Positions 39,465-49,091 of a stretch of DNA of 64,000 bases are shown piece after piece. This stretch comes from Sedimentisphaerales bacterium (lineage in GTDB: Bacteria; Planctomycetota; Phycisphaerae; Sedimentisphaerales; SM23-30), in assembly GCA_963666285.1 (NCBI GenBank), contig OY762711.1. One strand, written 5' to 3'. Each line of letters starts with the position of its first letter. The stretch's first letter is position 1. A program made the translations under genes and the position numbers. The notes beneath the pieces were generated by a model. That model was not told the origin of the DNA and did no database searches. It was given only the letters and a program-made list of their open reading frames with translations.

Positions 39465-40130
39465 ATGGCTATTTTTGAACGAATAAGCAGGATTATCAAA
39501 GCAAATATTAATTGGATGCTGGATATTGTTGAGCCTGCTGAAAATGAGTTAGAATCTAAAATAAAAGAACTAGAGGAAATTATCCATGAGGGCCGTGAAA
39601 GTGCGGCAATGTATGGTGCAACATACAGGCGTCTGGAGAACGATCTTGCCGAACAGGTCAAAAGTCGGGATAAATTGGCGGTTGAGGCAGAAAACGCGAT
39701 TATGGCCGGTGATGAAAACCACGCCCGAAAGCTATTGGGTGAGAAAGTCAGAATTGATGAAAAAATCGCACAGCTTGAACCGAGTGTTGCGAAAGGTAAG
39801 AAGTCTTTTGAGATGCTAAATGCAAATATTCAGAAACTACAAGGTCAGCTGCGAGAATCGAAGATGAAGCTTCGAAATTTGCAGGCCCGTAAGGATATTG
39901 CTGATGCCCAGAATGAGTTTGATAAGAAGTTGGGTGCTGCCGGTATTGTAGATGGTGACAGCGGCTTTGAGCGTTTAGAGGATGAGGTTTTGACCAGTGA
40001 GGCAGAAGTAGAAATACGACAGCAGATGCGGGGTGAGACTTTAAGTGATTTTGACCTTGAAGAGCGTTCGCGTGAATTGCAAATTGAGGCTGAATTGCAG
40101 GAATTAAAGGAAAAAATTGAAAAGAATTGA
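39465..40130 (+). CDS. PspA/IM30 family protein, paralogue 2
   Basis: Start moved to 39465 (GGAGG RBS); MAIFERISRIIKANIN, AGDENHAR, FERLEDEV..EAE, IEAELQELK are classic PspA features. Confidence 0.9.
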   Translation: MAIFERISRIIKANINWMLDIVEPAENELESKIKELEEIIHEGRESAAMYGATYRRLENDLAEQVKSRDKLAVEAENAIMAGDENHARKLLGEKVRIDEKIAQLEPSVAKGKKSFEMLNANIQKLQGQLRESKMKLRNLQARKDIADAQNEFDKKLGAAGIVDGDSGFERLEDEVLTSEAEVEIRQQMRGETLSDFDLEERSRELQIEAELQELKEKIEKN

Positions 40131-40211
40131 CTTTAATAATTACAGTGTTACTACTGTGACCTGATTTACTAATCTTCGGCCAAACATACCGTATTGTAAA
40201 AGGTGATTGAT

Positions 40212-40862
40212 ATGCCAGAATTATTACAAGAATCATTTTTGTCGGTGAACCTGATATCTACCACATTGCTGATATTGGTTATTATATATTGGCTGATGGT
40301 GATACTTGGAGCTTTGGATGTCGAATTATTTGATTTTGACTTGGATGCCGACGCAGACGCAGATATAGATATGGATGCTGATATAGACAGCCCCGGCTTT
40401 TTGCGGGCAGTATTGGAGTTTTTCTATATTGGCGAAGTGCCGATTATGGTGCTGGCAAGCATATTTATTCTTACATCATGGGTGATTTCTGTTATGGGTA
40501 ACTATTATCTTAATCCGGAAAGAGGAGTTTTGGTCGGAAGTGGTATTGCAGTTGGTAATTTATTTGTAAGTATAATATTAACAAAGATATTTTCTATGCC
40601 GGCCAGGAAGGTATTTAAGATGTTTGATAATGACCCTAATGCACCGAAGAAAGTAATTGGAAGAATAGGTGTTGTTCTGACCAGCCAGGTTTCAGATAAA
40701 ATGGGGCAGGTTGAGATAAAAACCAAAGGCGCCCCGATTGTGCTGAATGCCAAGACTGAGGATGGTACAGTATTAAAAAAAGGTGAAGAAGCGATCGTTG
40801 TAAGGCAAAATGAAGAAAAAACGTTGTATTATGTCATGCCTGTAGAAGTAGAAAAAGTATGA
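40212..40862 (+). CDS. NfeD-like/YqiJ-like membrane protein with C-terminal OB fold (flotillin partner)
   Basis: TM helix, acidic DxDxD linker, IGEVPIMV plus TM helices, IGRIGVV..GQVEI..GEEAIVV OB-fold; directly upstream of SPFH genes. ORF-track start is GTG 40203. Confidence 0.8.
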   Translation: MPELLQESFLSVNLISTTLLILVIIYWLMVILGALDVELFDFDLDADADADIDMDADIDSPGFLRAVLEFFYIGEVPIMVLASIFILTSWVISVMGNYYLNPERGVLVGSGIAVGNLFVSIILTKIFSMPARKVFKMFDNDPNAPKKVIGRIGVVLTSQVSDKMGQVEIKTKGAPIVLNAKTEDGTVLKKGEEAIVVRQNEEKTLYYVMPVEVEKV

Positions 40863-40939
40863 ATATAAGATATATATAGGCATAAGTCGAGTAACTTACC
40901 TTTTTCTTAACATACTGAAAAGAACAAATTTAGATAGTT

Positions 40940-41512
40940 ATGTTAGCAGAACTTTCAAAACCTATTATAATAACAATGGCAGTTTTCGTCGGCTTGAATA
41001 TTTCTACTTTCATTATGCTATTGTTATGCTATCGAAAGGTACCGCAAGGTAAAGCTTTGGTCAGGAATGGATTCAGCGGCTTGAAAGTTACTTTTAATGG
41101 TAAAATCGTTATACCACTATTGCATAAAGCTGAGTTTGTAGATGTTACATATAAGCGAATATTGGTGGATTGTATAAGTGATAACGCCTTTATTACTAAG
41201 GATAATGTACAAATAAATGTTCTGGCAGCTTTTTTTGTACGAATTAATAATACAGAAGAAGATGTAATAAGAGTTGTACAGGATTTGGGGTGTGAGAATG
41301 CATCTAAAATTGAGGTTATTGCAGATTTATTTAGCAGCAAGTTTAGAGAGAAATTACGAGATGCAGCGAGACAGTTTAATTATATTGATTTGGATGAAAA
41401 CCGTATGGCGTTTGGTAAAAGGGTTATGGGTTTCATAGATAAAAATCTTAACGGATATATTTTGGAAAATGTTATTATTGAAAATGTTGTAAAGATGGGT
41501 AATGATGTATAA
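40940..41512 (+). CDS. Stand-alone SPFH (Band-7) domain protein; paralogue of the N-terminal part of the downstream flotillin
   Basis: TM helix then CYRKVPQGKALVRNG..FFVRINN..LNGYILE, colinear with residues ~1-185 of 41609..43597. Confidence 0.85.
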   Translation: MLAELSKPIIITMAVFVGLNISTFIMLLLCYRKVPQGKALVRNGFSGLKVTFNGKIVIPLLHKAEFVDVTYKRILVDCISDNAFITKDNVQINVLAAFFVRINNTEEDVIRVVQDLGCENASKIEVIADLFSSKFREKLRDAARQFNYIDLDENRMAFGKRVMGFIDKNLNGYILENVIIENVVKMGNDV

Positions 41513-41608
41513 CATCTGGCAAAGCCAGAGTGAGTATTAAAAGAATATGATCAGGTACAGGACAAATACTTTGGTCGGTAAGGAAAACTAGAGACAAGGA
41601 GTTAAATT

Positions 41609-43597
41609 ATGTTAGCAGCAATTGGATCAGAAATTATAATAACAAGTATTGCTATTATAATATTATTTATAATAGGGTGTCTGGCATTATTGATGAAATG
41701 CTATAGGAAAGTCTCGCAAGGTGAGGCTTTGATTAGAAATGGTTTCGGCGGAACCAAAGTTATTTTTTCAGGTAAAATTGTTATTCCGATTTTGCATAAA
41801 GCGGAATATATGGATATATCTGTTAAGCGTATTGAAATTGACAGACGCGGCGAACAGGGATTGATCTGCAAGGACAATCTGCGTGCTGATATTGTAGTTG
41901 CTTTCTTTGTGCGGGTTAATAATACGGTTGAAGATGTTAAACAGGTAGCACAGGCATTAGGGTGTAAACGAGCTAGCAGCCAGGAGGCCCTGGTAGAGCT
42001 GTTTGATGCAAAATTCAGTGAAGCCTTGAAGACTGTAGGTAAGCAATTTGATTTTGCCGAGCTTTATACGAATCGTATGGCATTTCGCGAGCAGATTCTG
42101 GATATCATTGGTACTGACCTTAGTGGATATGTCTTGGAAGACGCGGCGATTGATTATTTGGAACAGACAGATAAATCCATGCTGAAGCCTGATAATATAC
42201 TGGATGCCGAAGGTATTAAGAAGATTACCGTGCTGACGGCTGAGCAATATGAGCTGGCTAATGCTCGTGAACGTGAAAAAGATAAGACGATAACACAGCA
42301 GAATGTTGAAGCGCAGGAAGCTATTCTGGAGTTGAATAAGCAGCTGGCGGAAGCTGAAGCCAAGCAGAAACGAGAAGTGGCGTCTATCCAGGCACATGAG
42401 GAAGCCGAGACCAAACGTGTGCAGGAAACAGAGCGTGAGCGTGCCGAACGAGCGCGTATCACAGCTGATGAAGAAATTGCAGTTGCGGAAGAGAATAAAA
42501 ATCGCCAGATAATTGTTGCGGCGAAAAACCGTGAGAAAACAGATGCGGTTGAAACCGAGCGGGTAGAACGCGATCGTGGTCTGGAAGCAACAGAACGTGA
42601 ACGCCTGGTAACGATTGCCCAGGTTGAAAAAGATAAAGTGGTGGAAGGTCAGAAGAAAGAATTACAGGCTGCTATTCGCGAGCGTGTGACAATTGAGAAG
42701 ACTGTTGTTGCCGAACAGGAACGGATTAAGGATACCCAGGAATTTGCCGGTGCCGATCGTAGCAAGCAGGTTCAGGTTACCAAGGCAGAAGAAGTTGCAG
42801 AAGCAGCATTGGTTAAAGATATCAAGGCAGCGGAAGCATCTAAACGAGCCGCTGAGTTATATGCCGAACAGCAGTTGATCGAAGCGGATGCCAACCAGAA
42901 AGCCGCAGATAAGAATGCAATTGCCAAGAAGACCCTTGCCGAAGCGTCAGTTAAGGAAGAGGCTGTTAACGGTGTAGCGGAAGCAGAGGTAATGGAAGCC
43001 AAGGCTGCGGCAATAGAAAAACAGGGAACGGCAGAAGCCAAGGTCATGGAGCTTAAATATCATTCTGAAGCAGATGGTATTCGTGATAAGGCTGAAGCGA
43101 TGAAGATATTCGACAGTGTCGGTAAAGACCATGAAGAATTCAAACTGCGTCTTAACAAGGACCTGGAAGTTGATCTTGCAGCTATTCATATCCAGAAGGA
43201 TATTGCCGAACAGCAGGCGATTTTGATTGCAGAAGCATTGAAATCAGCACGAATCGATATTATCGGTGGTGATAATACCTTCTTTGATAAGCTGGTCAGC
43301 TCAATAACCGCCGGTAAGAGTGTTGACAGGATGATTTCCAATAGTGAAGTATTGAGCGAAGTCAAGGACACATTTATTACAGGTGACGCGGAAGAGACAT
43401 CAGGTAAGATTCGAGAATTTGTCAGTCAGTTTGGTTTAAGCAGTGAAGATATCAAGAATTTGACAGTGTCAGCTTTAGTGGCCAAGATGGCAGGTCTGGC
43501 TGATAATGAACAGAAGCCTGTTTTGGAAAACCTGCTTAGTACTGTTAAATCTTTGGGTATTGGAGATAAAACTGCCAAGCAGTTCTTGAAGAAATGA
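41609..43597 (+). CDS. Flotillin-family (SPFH + AE-rich coiled coil) protein, YqiK-like
   Basis: AAGGAG RBS, TM helix, SPFH domain, NILDAEG, long Ala/Glu coiled coil. Confidence 0.92.
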   Translation: MLAAIGSEIIITSIAIIILFIIGCLALLMKCYRKVSQGEALIRNGFGGTKVIFSGKIVIPILHKAEYMDISVKRIEIDRRGEQGLICKDNLRADIVVAFFVRVNNTVEDVKQVAQALGCKRASSQEALVELFDAKFSEALKTVGKQFDFAELYTNRMAFREQILDIIGTDLSGYVLEDAAIDYLEQTDKSMLKPDNILDAEGIKKITVLTAEQYELANAREREKDKTITQQNVEAQEAILELNKQLAEAEAKQKREVASIQAHEEAETKRVQETERERAERARITADEEIAVAEENKNRQIIVAAKNREKTDAVETERVERDRGLEATERERLVTIAQVEKDKVVEGQKKELQAAIRERVTIEKTVVAEQERIKDTQEFAGADRSKQVQVTKAEEVAEAALVKDIKAAEASKRAAELYAEQQLIEADANQKAADKNAIAKKTLAEASVKEEAVNGVAEAEVMEAKAAAIEKQGTAEAKVMELKYHSEADGIRDKAEAMKIFDSVGKDHEEFKLRLNKDLEVDLAAIHIQKDIAEQQAILIAEALKSARIDIIGGDNTFFDKLVSSITAGKSVDRMISNSEVLSEVKDTFITGDAEETSGKIREFVSQFGLSSEDIKNLTVSALVAKMAGLADNEQKPVLENLLSTVKSLGIGDKTAKQFLKK

Positions 43598-43711
43598 TAA
43601 GGCATAAAGGGCGGTTAACGCCTTTGGCAAGCCTAAAATAATTGGTGTGGGCAGTATTTCTTCGGGAATTTTGTCCGCACTACTGAATGAATATGCGTAA
43701 GGATTGAGATC

Positions 43712-46700
43712 ATGGTTGATAATGATTCTACTGCTGATGTACAAAAGCCGGTTCAGGCTGATAGTACTGAACAGCTGCAGGGTGGTACATATGAGATATT
43801 GCGTGACAGATTGCTGAGTCACGGCAAGGAGCTTCAGGATCGTCTTGGGAAACTGAATGATGACCGCAAGAGCGTCTTTGGCTCTATTGAAACTAAATTG
43901 CTAAGCAGTCAGCGAATAAGTACCGATAACAATTGTGTGCCGCGTGATATGGTGCCGGTTGGCAATAAGTTTATCTTCGGCTATAATGTTTTTGTCGGGC
44001 TGCGTTCTGAGATGCAGATATCAGATGTTTTTGCTGTTTACAGCTGGCAGGACGGGCATTTTGCGGCGGAATCATTATCGCTGTTGGAAGACGAGGAATT
44101 CGCGACAGACTTTTTCAATCTGTACAAATATTATCGTAATGCTCGTTTTGTAAAATTTGCAGTTATCGGCGCTTATCTGTATATGGTTTTTCGTGTAGGT
44201 AAGTCGGTAAATGATATCAAGACATTCAAGTGGCTGATGAAGGGCGATAGCCTTAAATATTGTGATAACCGCAGCGACCATGAATATGTTTTTCCGGCTC
44301 AACATGGTTTTGAATGGAAAAAAGCTACCCAGGATATGCACCGTTCCGGTTTGAGCCCGCATATATCAATAGAGGACATTGTTTTTGTCGAGACTATCGG
44401 CGGTGATTTAACTATCAAGATCGAAGATAATACCGAGTCCGGCGAGGGCATATATTCTGAACCGGTTGAAAATCCTGACCAAACGCTTGCAGATGCAGAA
44501 ATATACTATTCCATAATCGATCATATGGTAGTTATGAAGATACGTCCATACCAGGAGCAGAAATTCAGGTATTTGATATATAACTCCAAAGTTGAGCAGG
44601 TAACTAAGGTTGATTCGATTAAAGATGCCTGTGTTTTATTGCCGGAAAATCACGGCTTGATATTTCCCAAAGGATATTATCTTCAGACTGGTGAATGCAA
44701 GAAATTTAATATAGATATCAATGATATGGTTTTTGAAAAGCAGATAAGCTCGCCAAATGGTGAAGATTATTTATTTGTTTTTTATAACAGAGAAGACGGT
44801 GTTTATGTTTTATTGTCTTATAATACAATTAACCAGTTGATCGAGAACCCGTTTATTTGTAACGGCTATTCCTGTTTCGATGATGGTACAATGCTGTTTT
44901 TTAAGGCTGATCAGGACCCGCAGAAACATCATGTTGTGCAGGTGTGGCAAACGCCGTATTACGGCCCTGATTACAGTATGGATATTCGGCATGATTCCGA
45001 GCTGTACAAGATAGGTAATAAAGATATCGTCCGGTGTATGGCTGAATGTTCGGCACTGCTTAATCTGATAGATAAAAAAGAAGGTTATGTAAACCTATAC
45101 ATGGATATTAATAAGCAGTCGCAGGATATACGTGATGCTTTTTTCTGGCTTGATTCTGAAGTCGCATATAACCTTGTTGAGCCATTGGCTGAGATATCTA
45201 TTGCGGCGGCAGCAGCGGTAGATGAATATGAAAAAGTTGTCCGAACACGGGAGAACACACGCAAGCAAATAAAAGATGTTCATAAACGGGTGACGGAGCA
45301 TCTTGAATCGATTGATTATGGAGCGTTGAATGATGTAGATGTGTTTGTGGAACATCTTGCTACATTGCGAGGTTTGCGAGGTGAGATAATCTCGCTCAAG
45401 GATTTACGTTATGCAGATTTGGAGCTGATCGAGAAGCTGGAAGAAGATGTAACCGTAGAGACAGACAAACTTAGTGACCTTTGTGTTGAATATCTGCTGC
45501 AGCCAGACGCACTTAAACCTTATAAGATTCGTGTTGATAAGTTGGGTAAGGTAGTGCCGGAACTGAAAAAGGTAACCGATGTAAGAGATAAAACCGAAGA
45601 GGTTAATCAAATATCAACAGAACTGGAGATGTTGACAGAGATTGTAAGTAATCTTAATATCTCCGATGCTACTCATACGACCGCAATTATTGACGCAATA
45701 TCACTGGTTTTTGCGGTGGTGAACCAGGTTAAGGCGGCATTAAAGAATAAACTTAACGAATTAGCGGTACTTGAAGGTAAGAGCGAGTTCAGTGCCCAGA
45801 TAAAGCTGCTGGATCAGTCTGTTATTAATTATCTGGATCTATGTGATACGCCGGAGAAATGTGATGAATATTTGTCTAAGGCATCAGTACAGCTGGAAAC
45901 TCTGGAAAGCAAATTTACTGATTTCCAGGAGTTCATTTTAGAGCTAAGCGAGAAGCGAGAGGAATTATTTAATACGTTTGAATCTCGCAAGGTTCAATTA
46001 GTTGCGAAGCGTAATCAGCTGGCAGACGCTATGATGACATCCGGCAAGCGGATATTAAATGGTATAAAAAAACGTATTGCTTCACTGGGTGATGTAAACG
46101 CTATCAACGGTTTCTTTGCATCTGATATGATGGTTCAGAAACTGCGTGAGACCGTTGAGAAATTATTGGAACTGGGTGATTCAGTTAAAGCTGATGATAT
46201 TAACAGCCGGTTGAAGAGTATACAGCAGGATGCGGTACGACAGTTAAAAGACAGGCAGGCCCTGTTTGAAGACGGTGATAATGTAATTAAGCTGGGCGAA
46301 CATCGCTTCAGGGTGAATAAGCAAAACCTGGAAGCAACGATGGTGGTTCGTGATGACCAGATGTATTATCATCTGACTGGCACAGGTTTTTTTGAAAAGG
46401 TCGCAGATGAGCAGTTGAACGGGACGAGAGAAGTCTGGCAGCTTGATAGTATTTCCGAATCCGTCGATTTATATCGGGGTGAATATTTAGCTTATAAGAT
46501 GCTGGAACATTTGAATAATGATGATGTTAAGCTGAAAATGCAGCTTTGCCGGGCAGAGTCAAACAAGGTTCTTGATTTTACTCGTGAGTTTATGGCACCA
46601 AGGTTTGCGGAAGGATATGTGAAAGGAGTTCACGATCATGACGGCAGTATGATTCTGCATAATTTGCTGCAATTAGAAAATGAGATAGGGCTACTGAGAT

Positions 46701-49039
46701 TTTCAACTCAGGCTAGAGCTATGGCTCTATTATTCTGGCAGCAGTGGCCTAACTTAGTTCAGAAAGAGATCCTTGCCGCGAAGATAGAAAGTGTCGGGCA
46801 GTTACGGCAAACGTTCAGTGCCGAACAGGCTAAGTGTAACTATATCTGCCTGCTGCGAGATTGTATGGAAGAGTATTTCGAAGGAACAGGTTTATTTGAT
46901 ATGAATCTTTTGGATTCAGCTTCTGAGTACCTTTTTGAAGAATTGGCAGATAATGACAAATGTTGTGTCAGTAAAGCTGCCAATGATATTGTTAGTGATT
47001 TTGAGAGACGTTTGAGTAAAGATCAGCATGCAAAACTGACCGAAACCATTAAAAAGTTAAAAGATGATACCTTAGGTGGTTTTATGTTGGTGCGAGACTG
47101 GGTAAGGAGTTTTGTTGAGCAGGAGAAAGGCAACCTGGTTTATGCCGATGAGGCTGCTGTATTGATCCTGGATGCCGACCGAGGCAAACGTTATATTATC
47201 AGCCAGGATATTGAACGCAAGCTGGAAGGACTAGTTGGTTCGCATAGATTAATTGATAACGGCAATTATGTTTTGAACTATTGCGACTTTTCGGACAGAT
47301 TGAGTTATCATGAGAAGGTTGTTGTTCCTAAATTTAACATGTATCGCGACCGCAAGAGAGAGCTGATCGACCAGTTTGCTGTTGATATGAAGCTTTCAGA
47401 GTTTAAGCCCAGAATATTGACTTCATTTGTACGAAATCAGTTGATAGACAAAGTTTACTTGCCGCTGATTGGTGATAATCTGGCTAAGCAAATAGGTGAT
47501 GCAGGTGAGAATAAACGTACTGATTTGCAGGGTCTGCTGTTGTTGATATCACCTCCGGGCTATGGCAAAACAACATTGATGGAGTATATCTCCAACCGGC
47601 TTGGCTTGATATTTGTAAAGATTAACGGTCCGGCAATAGGTAATAAAGTTACCAGTTTTGACCCCGGTGAAGCGCCCAATGCTGCCGCGAGAGAAGAATT
47701 GAACAAGCTCAACCTGTCATTTGAGATGGGTGATAATGTGATGATCTACCTGGATGATATACAGCATTGCAATCCGGAACTGCTGCAGAAATTTATTTCT
47801 CTTTGTGACGGTCAGCGTCGCGTAGAAGGTGTTTATAAGGGTAAGAGCCGTACTTATGACCTGCGCGGCAAGCGGGTTTGTGTTGTGATGGCTGGAAATC
47901 CTTATACTGAGAGTGGTGAGAAGTTCCGGATTCCTGATATGCTGACCAACCGTGCAGATACTTACAATATAGGTGATATTGTCGGCAATAATTATGATTC
48001 TTTTGTTTTGAGTTATATTGAAAATAGTATAACTTCCAATCCGGTACTGGGTAAGCTTGCCAATCGCAGCCAGAAGGATATTGCCGCTGTTATAAGGCTG
48101 GCTCAAACGGGTCAGCGAGAAGGGCTTGACTTTGAGGGAAGTTATACCAGTGATGAGTTAAACGAATATGTATCGATCATGAAGAAATTATTCAAGGTTC
48201 GTGATGTGGTACTGAAGGTAAATCGACAGTATATCGATTCTGCGGCACAGGCTGATGAATATCGTACTGAACCGCCGTTTCTGCTCCAGGGCAGTTATCG
48301 AAACATGAATCGTATTACAGAACGGGTATTACCTGTAATGAATGATGATGAGCTTTGGACACTGATAGAATCGAATTATCAGCAGGATGCCCAGACACTG
48401 ACCTCCGGGGCGGAATCCAACCTGCTTAAGTTTGCCGAACTTGTCGGCAGGCAAACAGAGCAGCAGGCTGCTCGCTGGCATGAGATCAAGCAAACCTTTG
48501 GCAGAAATCTGCTTCTGGGCGATGAAACACAGGATAAGGTGGCAATGGTTGTAAGGCAGTTGAATGCTTTTGGTGCCGGGCTGGATTCGATCAAGGATGT
48601 GTTGGCAAAAGGGGTTGATTCTATGGTGAATATTCCTCAACCTGATCTAAATATGAAAGAGGACGAGGACCAAAGTAAAGCGTTTGCCGAGGCATCGGCA
48701 GCAATGATTGATAAACTTGATTCTGTTGTGGGTGAATTACATCAGAGTAGAAAACAATTTACCGAGCAGGCTGAGCAGTATAGGGCGGTTGATGTTGAAA
48801 AGAATGCGGACATGTTGCTTTCTGTGCTGCAGGAGCAATATAATACAATGGAGACCTGGCTGATGAGGGTTACCAGGAATCGTAAAGGTCAGCTTAAGTA
48901 TGTAAATGAACTTGTGACACGATTTGAGAATATGATTGAGGGGTATAGCAATATGATAGAGTATTTGCGGGGCAGGTATCTGACAGATAGCAAAACAAAG
49001 TCGGCTGATGAGAATGATAAAAAACAGTCAGATGAATAA
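43712..49039 (+). CDS. 1775-aa AAA+ ATPase with DUF3686-like N-terminus (usually annotated 'DNA repair ATPase')
   Basis: GGTYEILRDRL N-terminus, HISIEDIVFVETIGGDLTIKIEDNT, coiled-coil middle, Walker A SPPGYGKTT (~47549-47575), Walker B IYLDDIQH, VMAGNP, LTNRAD. Confidence 0.85.
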   Translation: MVDNDSTADVQKPVQADSTEQLQGGTYEILRDRLLSHGKELQDRLGKLNDDRKSVFGSIETKLLSSQRISTDNNCVPRDMVPVGNKFIFGYNVFVGLRSEMQISDVFAVYSWQDGHFAAESLSLLEDEEFATDFFNLYKYYRNARFVKFAVIGAYLYMVFRVGKSVNDIKTFKWLMKGDSLKYCDNRSDHEYVFPAQHGFEWKKATQDMHRSGLSPHISIEDIVFVETIGGDLTIKIEDNTESGEGIYSEPVENPDQTLADAEIYYSIIDHMVVMKIRPYQEQKFRYLIYNSKVEQVTKVDSIKDACVLLPENHGLIFPKGYYLQTGECKKFNIDINDMVFEKQISSPNGEDYLFVFYNREDGVYVLLSYNTINQLIENPFICNGYSCFDDGTMLFFKADQDPQKHHVVQVWQTPYYGPDYSMDIRHDSELYKIGNKDIVRCMAECSALLNLIDKKEGYVNLYMDINKQSQDIRDAFFWLDSEVAYNLVEPLAEISIAAAAAVDEYEKVVRTRENTRKQIKDVHKRVTEHLESIDYGALNDVDVFVEHLATLRGLRGEIISLKDLRYADLELIEKLEEDVTVETDKLSDLCVEYLLQPDALKPYKIRVDKLGKVVPELKKVTDVRDKTEEVNQISTELEMLTEIVSNLNISDATHTTAIIDAISLVFAVVNQVKAALKNKLNELAVLEGKSEFSAQIKLLDQSVINYLDLCDTPEKCDEYLSKASVQLETLESKFTDFQEFILELSEKREELFNTFESRKVQLVAKRNQLADAMMTSGKRILNGIKKRIASLGDVNAINGFFASDMMVQKLRETVEKLLELGDSVKADDINSRLKSIQQDAVRQLKDRQALFEDGDNVIKLGEHRFRVNKQNLEATMVVRDDQMYYHLTGTGFFEKVADEQLNGTREVWQLDSISESVDLYRGEYLAYKMLEHLNNDDVKLKMQLCRAESNKVLDFTREFMAPRFAEGYVKGVHDHDGSMILHNLLQLENEIGLLRFSTQARAMALLFWQQWPNLVQKEILAAKIESVGQLRQTFSAEQAKCNYICLLRDCMEEYFEGTGLFDMNLLDSASEYLFEELADNDKCCVSKAANDIVSDFERRLSKDQHAKLTETIKKLKDDTLGGFMLVRDWVRSFVEQEKGNLVYADEAAVLILDADRGKRYIISQDIERKLEGLVGSHRLIDNGNYVLNYCDFSDRLSYHEKVVVPKFNMYRDRKRELIDQFAVDMKLSEFKPRILTSFVRNQLIDKVYLPLIGDNLAKQIGDAGENKRTDLQGLLLLISPPGYGKTTLMEYISNRLGLIFVKINGPAIGNKVTSFDPGEAPNAAAREELNKLNLSFEMGDNVMIYLDDIQHCNPELLQKFISLCDGQRRVEGVYKGKSRTYDLRGKRVCVVMAGNPYTESGEKFRIPDMLTNRADTYNIGDIVGNNYDSFVLSYIENSITSNPVLGKLANRSQKDIAAVIRLAQTGQREGLDFEGSYTSDELNEYVSIMKKLFKVRDVVLKVNRQYIDSAAQADEYRTEPPFLLQGSYRNMNRITERVLPVMNDDELWTLIESNYQQDAQTLTSGAESNLLKFAELVGRQTEQQAARWHEIKQTFGRNLLLGDETQDKVAMVVRQLNAFGAGLDSIKDVLAKGVDSMVNIPQPDLNMKEDEDQSKAFAEASAAMIDKLDSVVGELHQSRKQFTEQAEQYRAVDVEKNADMLLSVLQEQYNTMETWLMRVTRNRKGQLKYVNELVTRFENMIEGYSNMIEYLRGRYLTDSKTKSADENDKKQSDE

Positions 49040-49091
49040 AACTATGTTTTGATAAATAAGCAAGAGAAAGCAGTTTATAGAAAAACAGCAT

